Notes under the pieces: generated by a model | Told to the model about the DNA's origin: nothing | Seen by the model: only the letters and a program-made list of their open reading frames with translations | Databases searched by the model: none | In this document: positions 26,284-35,327 of the stretch, in pieces | Layout: every line of letters starts with the position of its first letter | Position numbering within the stretch: the stretch's first letter is position 1 | Program-made: the position numbers and the translations under genes | IMG/VR virus record: IMGVR_UViG_3300005337_000019 | Span: 1-64,000 of that record | Length of the DNA: 64,000 nucleotides | Strand: one strand, 5' to 3' | From: a virus

Positions 26284-26495
26284 GCGCCCCGGAACACGTG
26301 CGCACGCATCGCTTCGATGCGTCGACGCTCTATCTGCGCGACGACGGCGTCGTGAAATGCGGCGCGCACGTCGGCACGGAAGCCACGTACACGCCCGAGC
26401 GGTGGGACGCGGTTGGCGCCGCGCCGCGCGTCGTGGTCGACGGCATCGAACTGGATTGCGAGGATTCGCGCTGCGCACGCAGAGGAGACCAATAA
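26280..26495 (+). CDS. Hypothetical protein
   Basis: GTGA overlap. Confidence 0.5.
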   Translation: MSAPEHVRTHRFDASTLYLRDDGVVKCGAHVGTEATYTPERWDAVGAAPRVVVDGIELDCEDSRCARRGDQ

Positions 26496-26795
26496 ATGAA
26501 GGAGTTCAGCGTCCCCGTCATCTTCACGGTCGATCAAGCCGACGACCAATACCACGCGAATCGCATCGTGCTCAACGCGCTCGAGCATGGCCGCCGCCGT
26601 GTCGCCTTCACAGATGACGCGGTCGAGTTTTTGGGCCTCGACTGGCGCATTGACGGCGACAACTCGGCGCTCATGAGCGTCATTCACGAGATCATCGACC
26701 ACACGTCGCACGCATCGCTCCGCACGCCGGATCAAACGCTCGCGCTGGTGCGTGAAATCGCCATCAAGGCGAGGGATGCGAAGGAGGACAGATGA
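26496..26795 (+). CDS. Hypothetical protein
   Basis: GAGGAG RBS; N-terminus similar to next gene. Confidence 0.6.
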   Translation: MKEFSVPVIFTVDQADDQYHANRIVLNALEHGRRRVAFTDDAVEFLGLDWRIDGDNSALMSVIHEIIDHTSHASLRTPDQTLALVREIAIKARDAKEDR

Positions 26796-27163
26796 AGACA
26801 TTCACCGTTCCAATGATGTTCACCGTGGCCGCGATCGACGGCATCGACGACCAGGGGCGCGCCACGATGCGCATCAAGACTCTGCTCGAAAGGCTGTGTG
26901 ACGGCTTCGGGGAAACCACGCGCGGCGTCGACTGGGAATTCGCGTGGAGCGAGCACGCCGAGAGCGGTGTGGCCGTTTCAGCGACGGGCCTGATGACGGC
27001 GAAGGTTACTACGCCGGCGGAGCTCATCGAGGCGCTGGACGGCCTGCACACGCTCGCAATCGAGAACCTGGGCGACGACATCGCCGCGCCGTACGTTGAA
27101 GCTCTCGGCCGCGCCATCGCCGCCATCGTCAACATCACCGCGATCAAGAGGCCGACATCGTGA
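26792..27163 (+). CDS. Hypothetical protein
   Basis: GGAGGA RBS, ATGA overlap. Confidence 0.6.
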   Translation: MKTFTVPMMFTVAAIDGIDDQGRATMRIKTLLERLCDGFGETTRGVDWEFAWSEHAESGVAVSATGLMTAKVTTPAELIEALDGLHTLAIENLGDDIAAPYVEALGRAIAAIVNITAIKRPTS

Positions 27164-27408
27164 GCGACCCGCGCAACCCGAAGCGTCCGGACGGCCCGGA
27201 TGGCGACTCCTGGGCCATTTGCCGCGGCTGCATGCGCGGCGCGCCACACGTGAACGCCATTCGTCACGCGAAGAAGTGCCGCGGCCGCAGCGTGTTCACC
27301 GTACACGGAGTGGACATGAAGGGCGGCGAGCCCGCGCGCATCACCAACCCGACGACGTTGCAGCGCATCGCCGAGGGTCTGCGCAGATACAGGGGGCACC
27401 GCTCATGA
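27160..27408 (+). CDS. Small Zn-finger-like protein
   Basis: CRGC...HAKKC. Confidence 0.55.
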   Translation: MSDPRNPKRPDGPDGDSWAICRGCMRGAPHVNAIRHAKKCRGRSVFTVHGVDMKGGEPARITNPTTLQRIAEGLRRYRGHRS

Positions 27409-27686
27409 AGCGTCGACGAACGCGCCTGACAGTCCTCCTCCTGCGTGGCGTTTTCGATCGCTACACCGCGCGCGCCACAATCGAACAGGCGAAGTGCCGC
27501 GAGGGATATCGTCCCTTTCTCGTGCTCGAGTTTCAAAACCGTGCATCGGCACTCTCGCCGGCGGCGCAGGAGCGGATCGCTAGGAAGGCGCTGCGCGCGT
27601 TGGCCGAGGAGTTCGGCGTCGAGGTGGGCCCTACCGAGTACGAGAGCGAAGGCGGCGCGCGGATACGCCTCGGCGTCGACGACTGA
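27405..27686 (+). CDS. Hypothetical protein
   Basis: ATGA overlap. Confidence 0.5.
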   Translation: MKRRRTRLTVLLLRGVFDRYTARATIEQAKCREGYRPFLVLEFQNRASALSPAAQERIARKALRALAEEFGVEVGPTEYESEGGARIRLGVDD

Positions 27687-27689
27687 GGT

Positions 27690-27717
27690 TTGACCGCCGT
27701 TCGTCATAGCGTATAAT
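27690..27717 (+). promoter_or_regulatory. Promoter (TTGACC...TATAAT, with class-2 box) for the RNA cluster
   Basis: ttgaccgccgttcgtcatagcgtataat. Confidence 0.7.
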
Positions 27718-27979
27718 CGCCCTCGGGCCAATGAACACCGGAGGACGTGCAGAAAGCCGCGCGGACAGGACTGGACGCCTCACGCATGGCGTTATCGCAT
27801 CACCGTGACGGCGGCCCGACTCTTTGACATCTGAGGTCACCGGCGACGCGCCGTAGCCTCCACATGACGAGCATCACGTTGCGCAGGAACGCCGCCGTGA
27901 TGCTCGTCGGGGGCGCCATCCGCGGCGTCGGTTAAATGGTTCCGGACGGATGGGCATGCGGCATCCGGGATCGACGTAT

Positions 27980-28055
27980 TCGGGGATCGCCAAGACGGTA
28001 AGGCACGAGATTTTGGCTCTCGCACGCGGAGGTTCGATTCCTCCTCCCCGAGCCA
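27980..28055 (+). tRNA. tRNA-Gln(TTG)
   Basis: 76-nt cloverleaf: tcgggga/tccccga acceptor, cgaga-ttTTGgc-tctcg anticodon arm, GGTTCGATTCC, encoded CCA. Confidence 0.93.
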
Positions 28056-28451
28056 ACCACAAAGCAAAGCTCCTGGGCGGTTTGCTGGTAGACGCGAGGG
28101 GATCAAAGCTCGGGACGGAGACCAGACGAGACTACGGCGGGTCCTTCGCAAGCGACCCGCGGGGCGGTGACGCAATCGCCGACATGCGCAGACCAGCGCA
28201 GCGTCGCGGGTTCCTCAGAGAACCCGAGAATGGTTCGGCCGGTGAAACGCCGGCGCTGCACCGACAGGTAACGGGGCATACCCCGAGAGAGGCCGCGAAT
28301 CACGTAACCGCCCGCGCGCGTCCGTGACCGTTCGGCCGTCGATTTGAACCCGCACGAGGGGCCGCCGGTGATTCGGCGGGACGTTCCGCTCGAGCGGGTT
28401 GTAGCGCCGCAGCGCGGAAGGCGGCGCAAGTTTTTCGACAGGAGGGACGAC

Positions 28452-29102
28452 ATGCAATTCCCCGAACGACCCACGTGCCACCAATCCGACGTCCAGTCCA
28501 TCGCCTTTCTCGGCAGAGAGCGTCCGAAAGAGTGGCCCGTCGACATGCCCGACTACAGGGATGCGAACGGTTTCCTCTGGCACACCGCCGGCGTGCGTCA
28601 GCACACCTACGAGCAGGTCGACGGCGAGTGGCGCGAGACGGGCGAGAAGTGGGAGGCCGAGCCGTTCCGCACGTGCGGCTACTGCGGATCGATCCACCCC
28701 GAGGACCTTCTCCGGTTCCTCGACGCCGGCGCGCAGCTCGGCGGCGCCGACTGGAAGTACGGATGGCCGCACAAGTTCTACGTCGAGAACATCCCGAACC
28801 CGCAGCCGGAGCGGCTGTACGTCATCAGCACGACGAGCCAGGGCAGCCGCGTGCTCGACGTGAAGTACGGCACGCGTCAGACCCTGCACGCGAAGTGGTA
28901 CAACAACCACATCACCGACGATGGCTTCGACGACGAGGCCCGCGCGAAGCTCCTCGCCGCGCTCGAGCGCCACGCCGACATCGTTTTCGAGATCGTCGAC
29001 GGGAAGCTCCACTACCGCGCGCCGTCCGCCGGCTACCAGCGCAGCAATCTGCCGTCGCTGCGCGACCTGCACAGCGAAGACGGCGACGTTCACCCGATCT
29101 GA
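28452..29102 (+). CDS. Hypothetical phage protein
   Basis: AGGAGG RBS; RTCGYCGSIHPED...ADWKYGWPHKFYV. Confidence 0.75.
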   Translation: MQFPERPTCHQSDVQSIAFLGRERPKEWPVDMPDYRDANGFLWHTAGVRQHTYEQVDGEWRETGEKWEAEPFRTCGYCGSIHPEDLLRFLDAGAQLGGADWKYGWPHKFYVENIPNPQPERLYVISTTSQGSRVLDVKYGTRQTLHAKWYNNHITDDGFDDEARAKLLAALERHADIVFEIVDGKLHYRAPSAGYQRSNLPSLRDLHSEDGDVHPI

Positions 29103-29112
29103 CGGAGGAGCT

Positions 29113-30003
29113 ATGGGCTGGAGCATTGGATTCGATGAACGGTGGCAACGCGATGTCGGCTACGGCGTGCCGGCGATCTGCGATCAACCGACGTGCTTTG
29201 CGCCGATCGATCGCGGGCTCGCGCACGTCTGCGGCGAGCAACCGTTCGGAGGCGAGCACGGATGTGGCCTGTACTTCTGCGCCGACCATCTCGAGTACTC
29301 CCACCTGAGCGAAACCGACACGACGCGCTTGAGCCGTTGCGAGCGGTGCATCGCAGGGCGTGAACCATTCCGTCCCAAGGCCGACGTGCCGCGGTGGATC
29401 GCGTTCAAGCTCGCGGATGCGAGCTGGCAGCAATGGCGAGACGAGAACGCTGTCGAGGTCGCGCAGCTCCGCGCATTCCTCGCGGCAAAGGGGAAAGGCA
29501 TGGATTTCGGCCGAGCACTCGCCGCGCTTCGGAGCGGCAACCGCGTCAAGCGTTCCGGATGGAACGGAGAACCGCTGGATCTCGTGCTCAAGACGAGCGC
29601 GGAAGTCGAACTGTCGTGCATCTACATGCGGATGGCGAGCGGTGATCAGTTCCCGTGGATTTCGCCGCAAGCCGACCTGCTCGCGTTCGACTGGTCGATC
29701 GTCGCGCCGGAGGGCGTCGAAGACACGCTGCTCGTGTGCTCGGCCGATTCGCGCAACGCCGTCACGATCACCATGGTGATCGCTGGACGCCGCTTCGACG
29801 TGATCGCGCAGACCACCGCGAACCTCCTGGCGTGCGCTCTGGAAGCCACCTCGCTCGAGCAGTACGACTGGCCCGTGATCGAGGTGCGCTTCGAAGACGG
29901 CACGTCCGCGACTCCGAGCACGCGCATCAGCGATGTGCTCGGCCGCGGCGTCATCTTCGTGAATGCGCCGCCGTCACGCGACGCCGTGCAGGTCAAGGCA
30001 TGA
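29113..30003 (+). CDS. Three-domain fusion: Cys-rich Zn domain, Tad2/DUF2829 domain, beta-grasp-like domain
   Basis: GYGVPAICD..C..IDRGL..C; MDFGRALAALRSGNRVKRSGWNG...PW...QADLLAFDW. Confidence 0.8.
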   Translation: MGWSIGFDERWQRDVGYGVPAICDQPTCFAPIDRGLAHVCGEQPFGGEHGCGLYFCADHLEYSHLSETDTTRLSRCERCIAGREPFRPKADVPRWIAFKLADASWQQWRDENAVEVAQLRAFLAAKGKGMDFGRALAALRSGNRVKRSGWNGEPLDLVLKTSAEVELSCIYMRMASGDQFPWISPQADLLAFDWSIVAPEGVEDTLLVCSADSRNAVTITMVIAGRRFDVIAQTTANLLACALEATSLEQYDWPVIEVRFEDGTSATPSTRISDVLGRGVIFVNAPPSRDAVQVKA

Positions 30004-30146
30004 GCGACGACGCCAAGCAAATCCGTTGTGACCACTGCCGCAAGCAAACGCCGGCGAACGACGCGATCGGTTGCGCACTGCTCTACTGCGAGACGTGGTT
30101 CTGCAGCAAGGAATGCCGCAACGCGCATCGCATGCAGGAGCACTGA
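30000..30146 (+). CDS. Small Zn-finger protein
   Basis: CDHC...C..C..WFCSKEC..H. Confidence 0.5.
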   Translation: MSDDAKQIRCDHCRKQTPANDAIGCALLYCETWFCSKECRNAHRMQEH

Positions 30147-30484
30147 TGAGATACCGCGACCACCGCGGGGGCTTGGGGGAATCTCTTGCGACGCAACGGG
30201 AAGTGAGTACGTGGGACGAGTTGGTCGCCACGGTTCGCGATGCGTTGCGTGGGTGGTTCGTTTTCGAGGATTCGGCGCTTCATGTCGAGGCGTACGGCGG
30301 CGATGACGATCGCATTGGATGGAAGGACGTGCAGATCGTAACCGTCGACGGATGGGGGCCTGTCGGATTCGTGGAATGGGGCGACGCGCTCAGCCGGCCA
30401 GGCGCAAGCGAGAAGGAGAAGCGCACAGCGGAACGCCGCCGCGCTGTCGCTTTGGCGCGTGAGCGCATTTACCGAACGGGATGA
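30146..30484 (+). CDS. Hypothetical phage protein
   Basis: TGATG coupling; YRDHRGGL.ES...DDRIGW...V.VDGWGPVGF. Confidence 0.65.
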   Translation: MRYRDHRGGLGESLATQREVSTWDELVATVRDALRGWFVFEDSALHVEAYGGDDDRIGWKDVQIVTVDGWGPVGFVEWGDALSRPGASEKEKRTAERRRAVALARERIYRTG

Positions 30485-30846
30485 CAGTGATGCCGCTCAT
30501 ATTCGAAGATCCGGAGCTCTTCGCACGACGCCGCGACCGCGCGATGCTTGCGCTGATCGAATTCATCCACTGGAACATGCTGACGGAGCTCGGATGGCCT
30601 GGCGCTGTCGTGCAACTTGAGGCGGCCCGTGACGAGATGCCGGATTTGTTCGTACTCGAGCTCCTACGCTACGAGGAGCGCCACCGCCGGATCCCGGTCG
30701 TCGACATCGACGAGGTGATCGCGTGCGCCGAGGAATGGCCGGAGATCGCGCACCAGCACGGCTACACGAACGGCATCGTCGTCGGCGTCGAAGTCATCCG
30801 CGCCGTGCGGGCGGACGGCACGCCGATTCGAAACGAGGACTGGTGA
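30481..30846 (+). CDS. Hypothetical protein
   Basis: ATGA overlap. Confidence 0.55.
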   Translation: MTVMPLIFEDPELFARRRDRAMLALIEFIHWNMLTELGWPGAVVQLEAARDEMPDLFVLELLRYEERHRRIPVVDIDEVIACAEEWPEIAHQHGYTNGIVVGVEVIRAVRADGTPIRNEDW

Positions 30847-30851
30847 CCCGG

Positions 30852-31262
30852 ATGAAGCGTTTCGCGATGAGCCCCGAGCAGCTAGAACGGTTGTACGCGG
30901 CCAGCAGACCGGTGATGTGCATCGTCGGAACGTGGCCCGGCCCTGTTCCACCAAGTCCCCAGGAGAACGCGAACCGCTTCTGGCAGCAGCTCGGCGACGA
31001 GATGGGTTTCGCATGGGAGACAGCGCGACCCATTGCCGGCGAGCCGGATTCGATTTTCGAGGCTGAAGAGACGCTTCTACATGCGGTCCGCAGCCGCGAC
31101 GGTGTGCCGCCCGATGAACCCGCGCGCGTCGTGACGCTGATGAAGTGCGGCGGGGATGGCTGTTGGGCTTGCGCAGCAGGGGAGCCGCAATCCGTGCTCG
31201 CCACGAAAGACGAGTGGGAGGCCGCCGTTCGAAAGCTCGGGTCGAACCCCGTCGACGTGTAG
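30852..31262 (+). CDS. Hypothetical phage protein
   Basis: SPQENANRFWQQLGDEMGFAWET motif. Confidence 0.6.
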   Translation: MKRFAMSPEQLERLYAASRPVMCIVGTWPGPVPPSPQENANRFWQQLGDEMGFAWETARPIAGEPDSIFEAEETLLHAVRSRDGVPPDEPARVVTLMKCGGDGCWACAAGEPQSVLATKDEWEAAVRKLGSNPVDV

Positions 31263-31266
31263 GCCC

Positions 31267-31521
31267 ATGCCGGTTGATGTTGAACTGCTCGGCCGCCCGC
31301 GCTCATGCCGCTTCCGCGGCCTTCCGCCGCCCGCTGGCGCCGTCTTGCGCGCGCGCCGCGCCTGGTACGTCGTGCTCGCCGTCCGCGCGACGCGCAGCAC
31401 CGATTACCCGTCGAATCTGACCATCGGCCGCATCACCGAGACCACAGCGCGATCGCTCGCTGCCGCCGGCGCGCCGCGGTGGTCATTTGCATGGGACCGC
31501 GGCCGCCGGCGAAAAGTCTGA
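31267..31521 (+). CDS. Hypothetical protein
   Basis: End of operon; weak support. Confidence 0.4.
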   Translation: MPVDVELLGRPRSCRFRGLPPPAGAVLRARRAWYVVLAVRATRSTDYPSNLTIGRITETTARSLAAAGAPRWSFAWDRGRRRKV

Positions 31522-31550
31522 CGGAAACTCTCGCGAGTTTCCCGGAAACA

Positions 31551-31751
31551 TCAGCGTTTGTATCGCTCGATCGCGTCGATGTGCGTCCGCGCGATGCTGC
31601 ACGGTTTGCGCGGACTGCACGTGGCGCAGGTCTGCTCGTGGTCGCGGAGCTCGCGGCGGGCGTGCTCGCAGCGGCGGCGGGCCTCGAGATCGCTGATGCT
31701 ACGCGGTGGGCGGGCGGGGGCGGTTGCCTTGCGGCGCGTCGTGTTTTTCAT
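31551..31751 (-). CDS. Small Zn-binding protein; paralog of 23324-23527
   Basis: LRDHEQTCATCSPRKPCSIA. Confidence 0.6.
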   Translation of the reverse strand: MKNTTRRKATAPARPPRSISDLEARRRCEHARRELRDHEQTCATCSPRKPCSIARTHIDAIERYKR

Positions 31752-32007
31752 GCTTCTACAGACACGGCCACGCCGGGAAGGTGGCGCGGCACGATCTAGA
31801 TTCTTCTATGACCCCATAGAAGCGAGAGCAGCTATCATCCCGGACGGCGAAGCGCGCTGCATGGCGGCGCGGGTGTCCAGCGGTCGACGCCGTAACATTC
31901 GTGGCGGGCTCACTCGACGGAGCCGACAGCTACGGGCGCGTGGACGACAAGCGAGACGATTCCCCGGTGCAGCGCGTGAGCCTCCAACTTTGCTACGCTG
32001 GCGGCCG

Positions 32008-32844
32008 ATGAAGGGCGTCATCCTCTCCCACGTCGAGCAGGTCGAATACATGAAGGAGCGTGCGCGTCAGCTCGCCGCCGAGATGGCGTCGAAGCTCGAT
32101 CCGCGCGAGGCCGTCAGCGATCCCGCCGCATTCGTTGAACGCCTGCTGATCGCACTCCTGGCAGTACTCGGCCCTGACGCCGTCGCGCTCGCGCGTGACG
32201 CCGCGGAGTACGCCGCGCAGCTCGGTCTCCCGACACTCTCGGCCGACCGCGTGAAGGAAGTGACAGCAGAAGCCGAGCGTCGCTTCTATGCCTCCGCCGC
32301 GCCGGCGCTGAAGGATGTCGTTTTGCAGATCGCTGCCCGCGTTGGCGACATCGCGGCCGCCGGCGTCGCGCTCCCGATTGCCGCTGCGGCCCTCGGCACC
32401 ATCGCCACTCAGGCGGCCCTGCTCGCGCCGCTGACCGGCGTGGCGAAGCGCCTGTCCGCGAGCTACATGCAGTTCGTCGAGCGCGACGTGAACGACGCCG
32501 CGGCCAACGATCTGCTCGAGCGGTCAGCAACTGACCGGAAGTTCGCGGAAACGCGGACGTTCACGTGGATCGCGGTCATGGACCGCAACACGTGCGACAG
32601 CGAGGCGAAGGACGCATTCAACCACGCATGCGCGCCACGGCACGGGCACATGGCCGACATCGGAACATGGCGCGCGTACGGGCTTCCCGGCTCGCCGGTG
32701 CTCATCTGCTCGATGCACGCGCCCCGTGGCGCAAGCCCGTGCCGATGCATCGTGGCCGACAGCGAAGTCGTGGGCGGACTCGGGCCGATCGACGCTTCGG
32801 AAGCCGTCAAACGCGGCCGCGATCGCGCGCGCCCGGCTCGCTGA
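32008..32844 (+). CDS. Head morphogenesis / minor capsid (MuF-like) protein
   Basis: FTWIAVMDRNTC...C.PRHG...PCRC; lies upstream of scaffold and capsid genes. Confidence 0.7.
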   Translation: MKGVILSHVEQVEYMKERARQLAAEMASKLDPREAVSDPAAFVERLLIALLAVLGPDAVALARDAAEYAAQLGLPTLSADRVKEVTAEAERRFYASAAPALKDVVLQIAARVGDIAAAGVALPIAAAALGTIATQAALLAPLTGVAKRLSASYMQFVERDVNDAAANDLLERSATDRKFAETRTFTWIAVMDRNTCDSEAKDAFNHACAPRHGHMADIGTWRAYGLPGSPVLICSMHAPRGASPCRCIVADSEVVGGLGPIDASEAVKRGRDRARPAR

Positions 32845-32937
32845 GCGGTTATACGTGATGTGAAATCGTCACGATAACCCGCATTCAACATCACGACGAA
32901 TATTCGTGCGGCCCCGCGCAAACGCTCCAAACGAAAG

Positions 32938-32970
32938 ACTTGCAAAGTCTCCCCCCACTTGTGGCACCGT
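32938..32970 (+). promoter_or_regulatory. Class-3 (putative late) promoter motif
   Basis: acttgcaaagtc...ttgtggcaccgt. Confidence 0.6.
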
Positions 32971-33044
32971 CGTCACATCCGGTTGAGGCTGGGCCTCCAC
33001 CAATCGTCCAAAAGCGGTTCAAAAAGTTCGGAGGATTTCACCGC

Positions 33045-33962
33045 ATGCGTGACCTGCATCTGCGCTCGGGCTGGGCCCATTTCCGCGCAACCATGGCTGA
33101 GCCTTTCACTCGTCGTCGGTCGTCGTTTCTCGGGGCTCCGCTCCAAGTAGAGGGCGAGCCGGGGAGTGGTGGCGGCGGTGGTGGCGGAAACGGAAACGGC
33201 GGCGGGGGCGGCGAGGGCAACAACGGCGGCGGCGACGGCGGGGCCGGCGGCGCGGGCGGTGAAGACGAAGCGGCCAAACGTGCCGCGCAGGACAAAAAGC
33301 TCACCGAGGAAGCGGCGGCGTGGCGTCTCAAGTATCGCGGTGCGGAATCCCGCATCAAAGAGCTCGAGGACGCGCACAACGCATCCAAGGCGGCGCTGGA
33401 AGCACAGATCGAGGAGCTGCGTTCGCGCGGCGGCAGCGGCAAGGACACCAACCCCCAGGGTGGAGCTGGCGCGCAGCCGATCGAATCGCACCCCGAGTTT
33501 CTGAAGATTCAGCGCACCGTCAAAGAGCTCAGCGACAACCTGCGCACCGAGCGCGAAACCCTCGCGAATGAGCGCAAGGCGCTCCGCACCGAGAAGATTC
33601 AGCGCGCGGTTTCCGAAGTCACCGGCGAGGGCAAGTTCCTCATGCAGGGTGTCTTCCGGAAGATGCTCACCGACCGGGTGGACATCGCGAAGGACGGCGC
33701 TGTCGTCCTGAAAGTCCCGAACGAAGTGGGCGGCACGGACGATGTCCCGTTCACGCTGCAGAACGTCCTGAAGTACCGCCCGATCGAGGAGTTCGACAGC
33801 TTCCTGCCGTCGAACGGCTCGGCCGGTTCGGGCTCCGGCGGCGGCAACGGCAACGGCGGCGGCAACGCTTCCGATGGTGTGGACTGGGCGAAGGTGAACG
33901 CCAACGATCTCGATTACATCCAGAAAAACATGACCAAGATTACCGCTGCATTGGGTCGGTAG
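33045..33962 (+). CDS. Capsid scaffolding protein
   Basis: Gly-rich N-terminus, EAAAWRLK coiled coil, GSGSGGG C-terminal linker; directly precedes capsid gene. Confidence 0.8.
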   Translation: MRDLHLRSGWAHFRATMAEPFTRRRSSFLGAPLQVEGEPGSGGGGGGGNGNGGGGGEGNNGGGDGGAGGAGGEDEAAKRAAQDKKLTEEAAAWRLKYRGAESRIKELEDAHNASKAALEAQIEELRSRGGSGKDTNPQGGAGAQPIESHPEFLKIQRTVKELSDNLRTERETLANERKALRTEKIQRAVSEVTGEGKFLMQGVFRKMLTDRVDIAKDGAVVLKVPNEVGGTDDVPFTLQNVLKYRPIEEFDSFLPSNGSAGSGSGGGNGNGGGNASDGVDWAKVNANDLDYIQKNMTKITAALGR

Positions 33963-34021
33963 GGCCTACCCCACGCTGCGCTGATCTCCAACAAATCGAA
34001 AGAGTTAGGAGATAACGCATC

Positions 34022-35242
34022 ATGGCTAACCAGTTCGCAAACATTGCCGAACAGATCAACTTCTTCGGCAACCTCGTTCTCATCCAGCTCCGCCAGGAGC
34101 TCGGCCTCGTCAACCGCGTCAACCGCAACTACCGCGGCGCCGCCGAGGCGTCCGGATCGACCGTCACGGTTCCGACCATCGACATGAGCGGGACCGCGCA
34201 GACGCGCGCCGTGGGTGGCGGCGTCACGCGCAACTCCGGTGCGTCGAAGCTCACCAGCGTGACGATGCAGCAGGTCACGTACTCGTGGGACCTCGACAAC
34301 CTGCAGCAGACTTTCAGCAACGTCAACCTGATGCTCGAGATGGCGCAGCGCGGCGCGATCAAGATGGCCGATGGCATCGAGGGCATGATCTCGGGCCTGT
34401 GGCCGATGATCCCGTACCGCGTCGGCACGCTCGACGGCAGCGCGGCGTTCAACTCCACCGACAAGGTCAAGGAATTCGCCCGCGCGAAGAAGGTCCTCAA
34501 GGACAACCTCGCCCCGGTCGACCGCCTCTTCTCGATCCTCGGCACCACCGAGGAGTTCAATCTCACCACGCTCGACATCTACACGCAGGCGCAGCAGTCG
34601 GGCGACCCGACGCAGCTCCGCACCGGCGCGCTGAAGCCGATCCTCGGCATTCAGCCGTACACGTCGCAGGCGGTGCCGACGAATATCGCCTTCACCTCCG
34701 TCGCCGACTGGGGTACGCCGACCATCTCGGGCACGCCCGCGATCGGCTCGACGACCATCAACATCGCCGGCGCCGGCGCGTCGAAGACGCTCACCAAGGG
34801 CAGCATCATCACCATCGTCGGCGGCGGCACCACGCCGCACGGTGACCCGCAGCCGTACTCGCTGACGGCCGACGCCACCTCCAGCGGCGGCGGCGCCGCG
34901 ACGCTCTCCATCTCGCCGGCGCTCAAGGGCGCTCCGTCGAATGGTGCGGCGATCACGCCGGTGGCGCACACCAACACCCATTCCATCAACCTCGTGGCCG
35001 ACCCGGCCGCGTACCTGCTCGTCATCCGCCCGCAGGCGGATTTCGTTCCGGGCGCCGGCGTGCTGTCGACCACGTTCACCGATCCGGATTCGGGGCTGAC
35101 GTTCCGCCTGCACATCGAGGCGAACGTCGCGCGCGACACCGACGCGGGCCGCGCGTACACGCAGGTTATGACGCTCGACATTCTCGCCGGCGTCAACATC
35201 ATCCGTCCCGAGCTGGCGGTGCGTTTCGAGGGCGAAGCGTAA
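34022..35242 (+). CDS. Major capsid protein (P22 coat-like, with inserted domain)
   Basis: MANQF..., VNRNY..GSTVTVP, C-terminal LDILAGVNIIRPELAVR. Confidence 0.88.
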   Translation: MANQFANIAEQINFFGNLVLIQLRQELGLVNRVNRNYRGAAEASGSTVTVPTIDMSGTAQTRAVGGGVTRNSGASKLTSVTMQQVTYSWDLDNLQQTFSNVNLMLEMAQRGAIKMADGIEGMISGLWPMIPYRVGTLDGSAAFNSTDKVKEFARAKKVLKDNLAPVDRLFSILGTTEEFNLTTLDIYTQAQQSGDPTQLRTGALKPILGIQPYTSQAVPTNIAFTSVADWGTPTISGTPAIGSTTINIAGAGASKTLTKGSIITIVGGGTTPHGDPQPYSLTADATSSGGGAATLSISPALKGAPSNGAAITPVAHTNTHSINLVADPAAYLLVIRPQADFVPGAGVLSTTFTDPDSGLTFRLHIEANVARDTDAGRAYTQVMTLDILAGVNIIRPELAVRFEGEA

Positions 35243-35277
35243 AGCCGGTGAACCGTTTTCTTTCGTTCGCAGTTCGC

Positions 35278-35313
35278 ACGGCGGGGGTCTCAGGCTCCCG
35301 CCGTTGCGTTTTT
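35278..35313 (+). terminator. Intrinsic terminator after capsid gene
   Basis: acggcgggg/ctcccgccgt hairpin followed by T-tract. Confidence 0.6.
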
Positions 35314-35327
35314 CCGGGAGGCTACTG

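Noticed and set aside
27980-28055. tRNA as a prophage attachment site or host boundary
   Set aside because: Phage-type genes and the same promoter motifs continue on both sides; no integrase or duplicated tRNA 3' end was seen.
28198-28262. Second canonical tRNA (TCA-containing loop, possible Sec or suppressor)
   Set aside because: No D-arm in the proper position, non-canonical loop size and no CCA; kept only as a tRNA-like element.
33160-33262. GGC-rich tandem repeats as a repeat element or CRISPR array
   Set aside because: They encode the Gly-rich linker of the scaffold protein; no repeat-spacer array was seen anywhere in the window.
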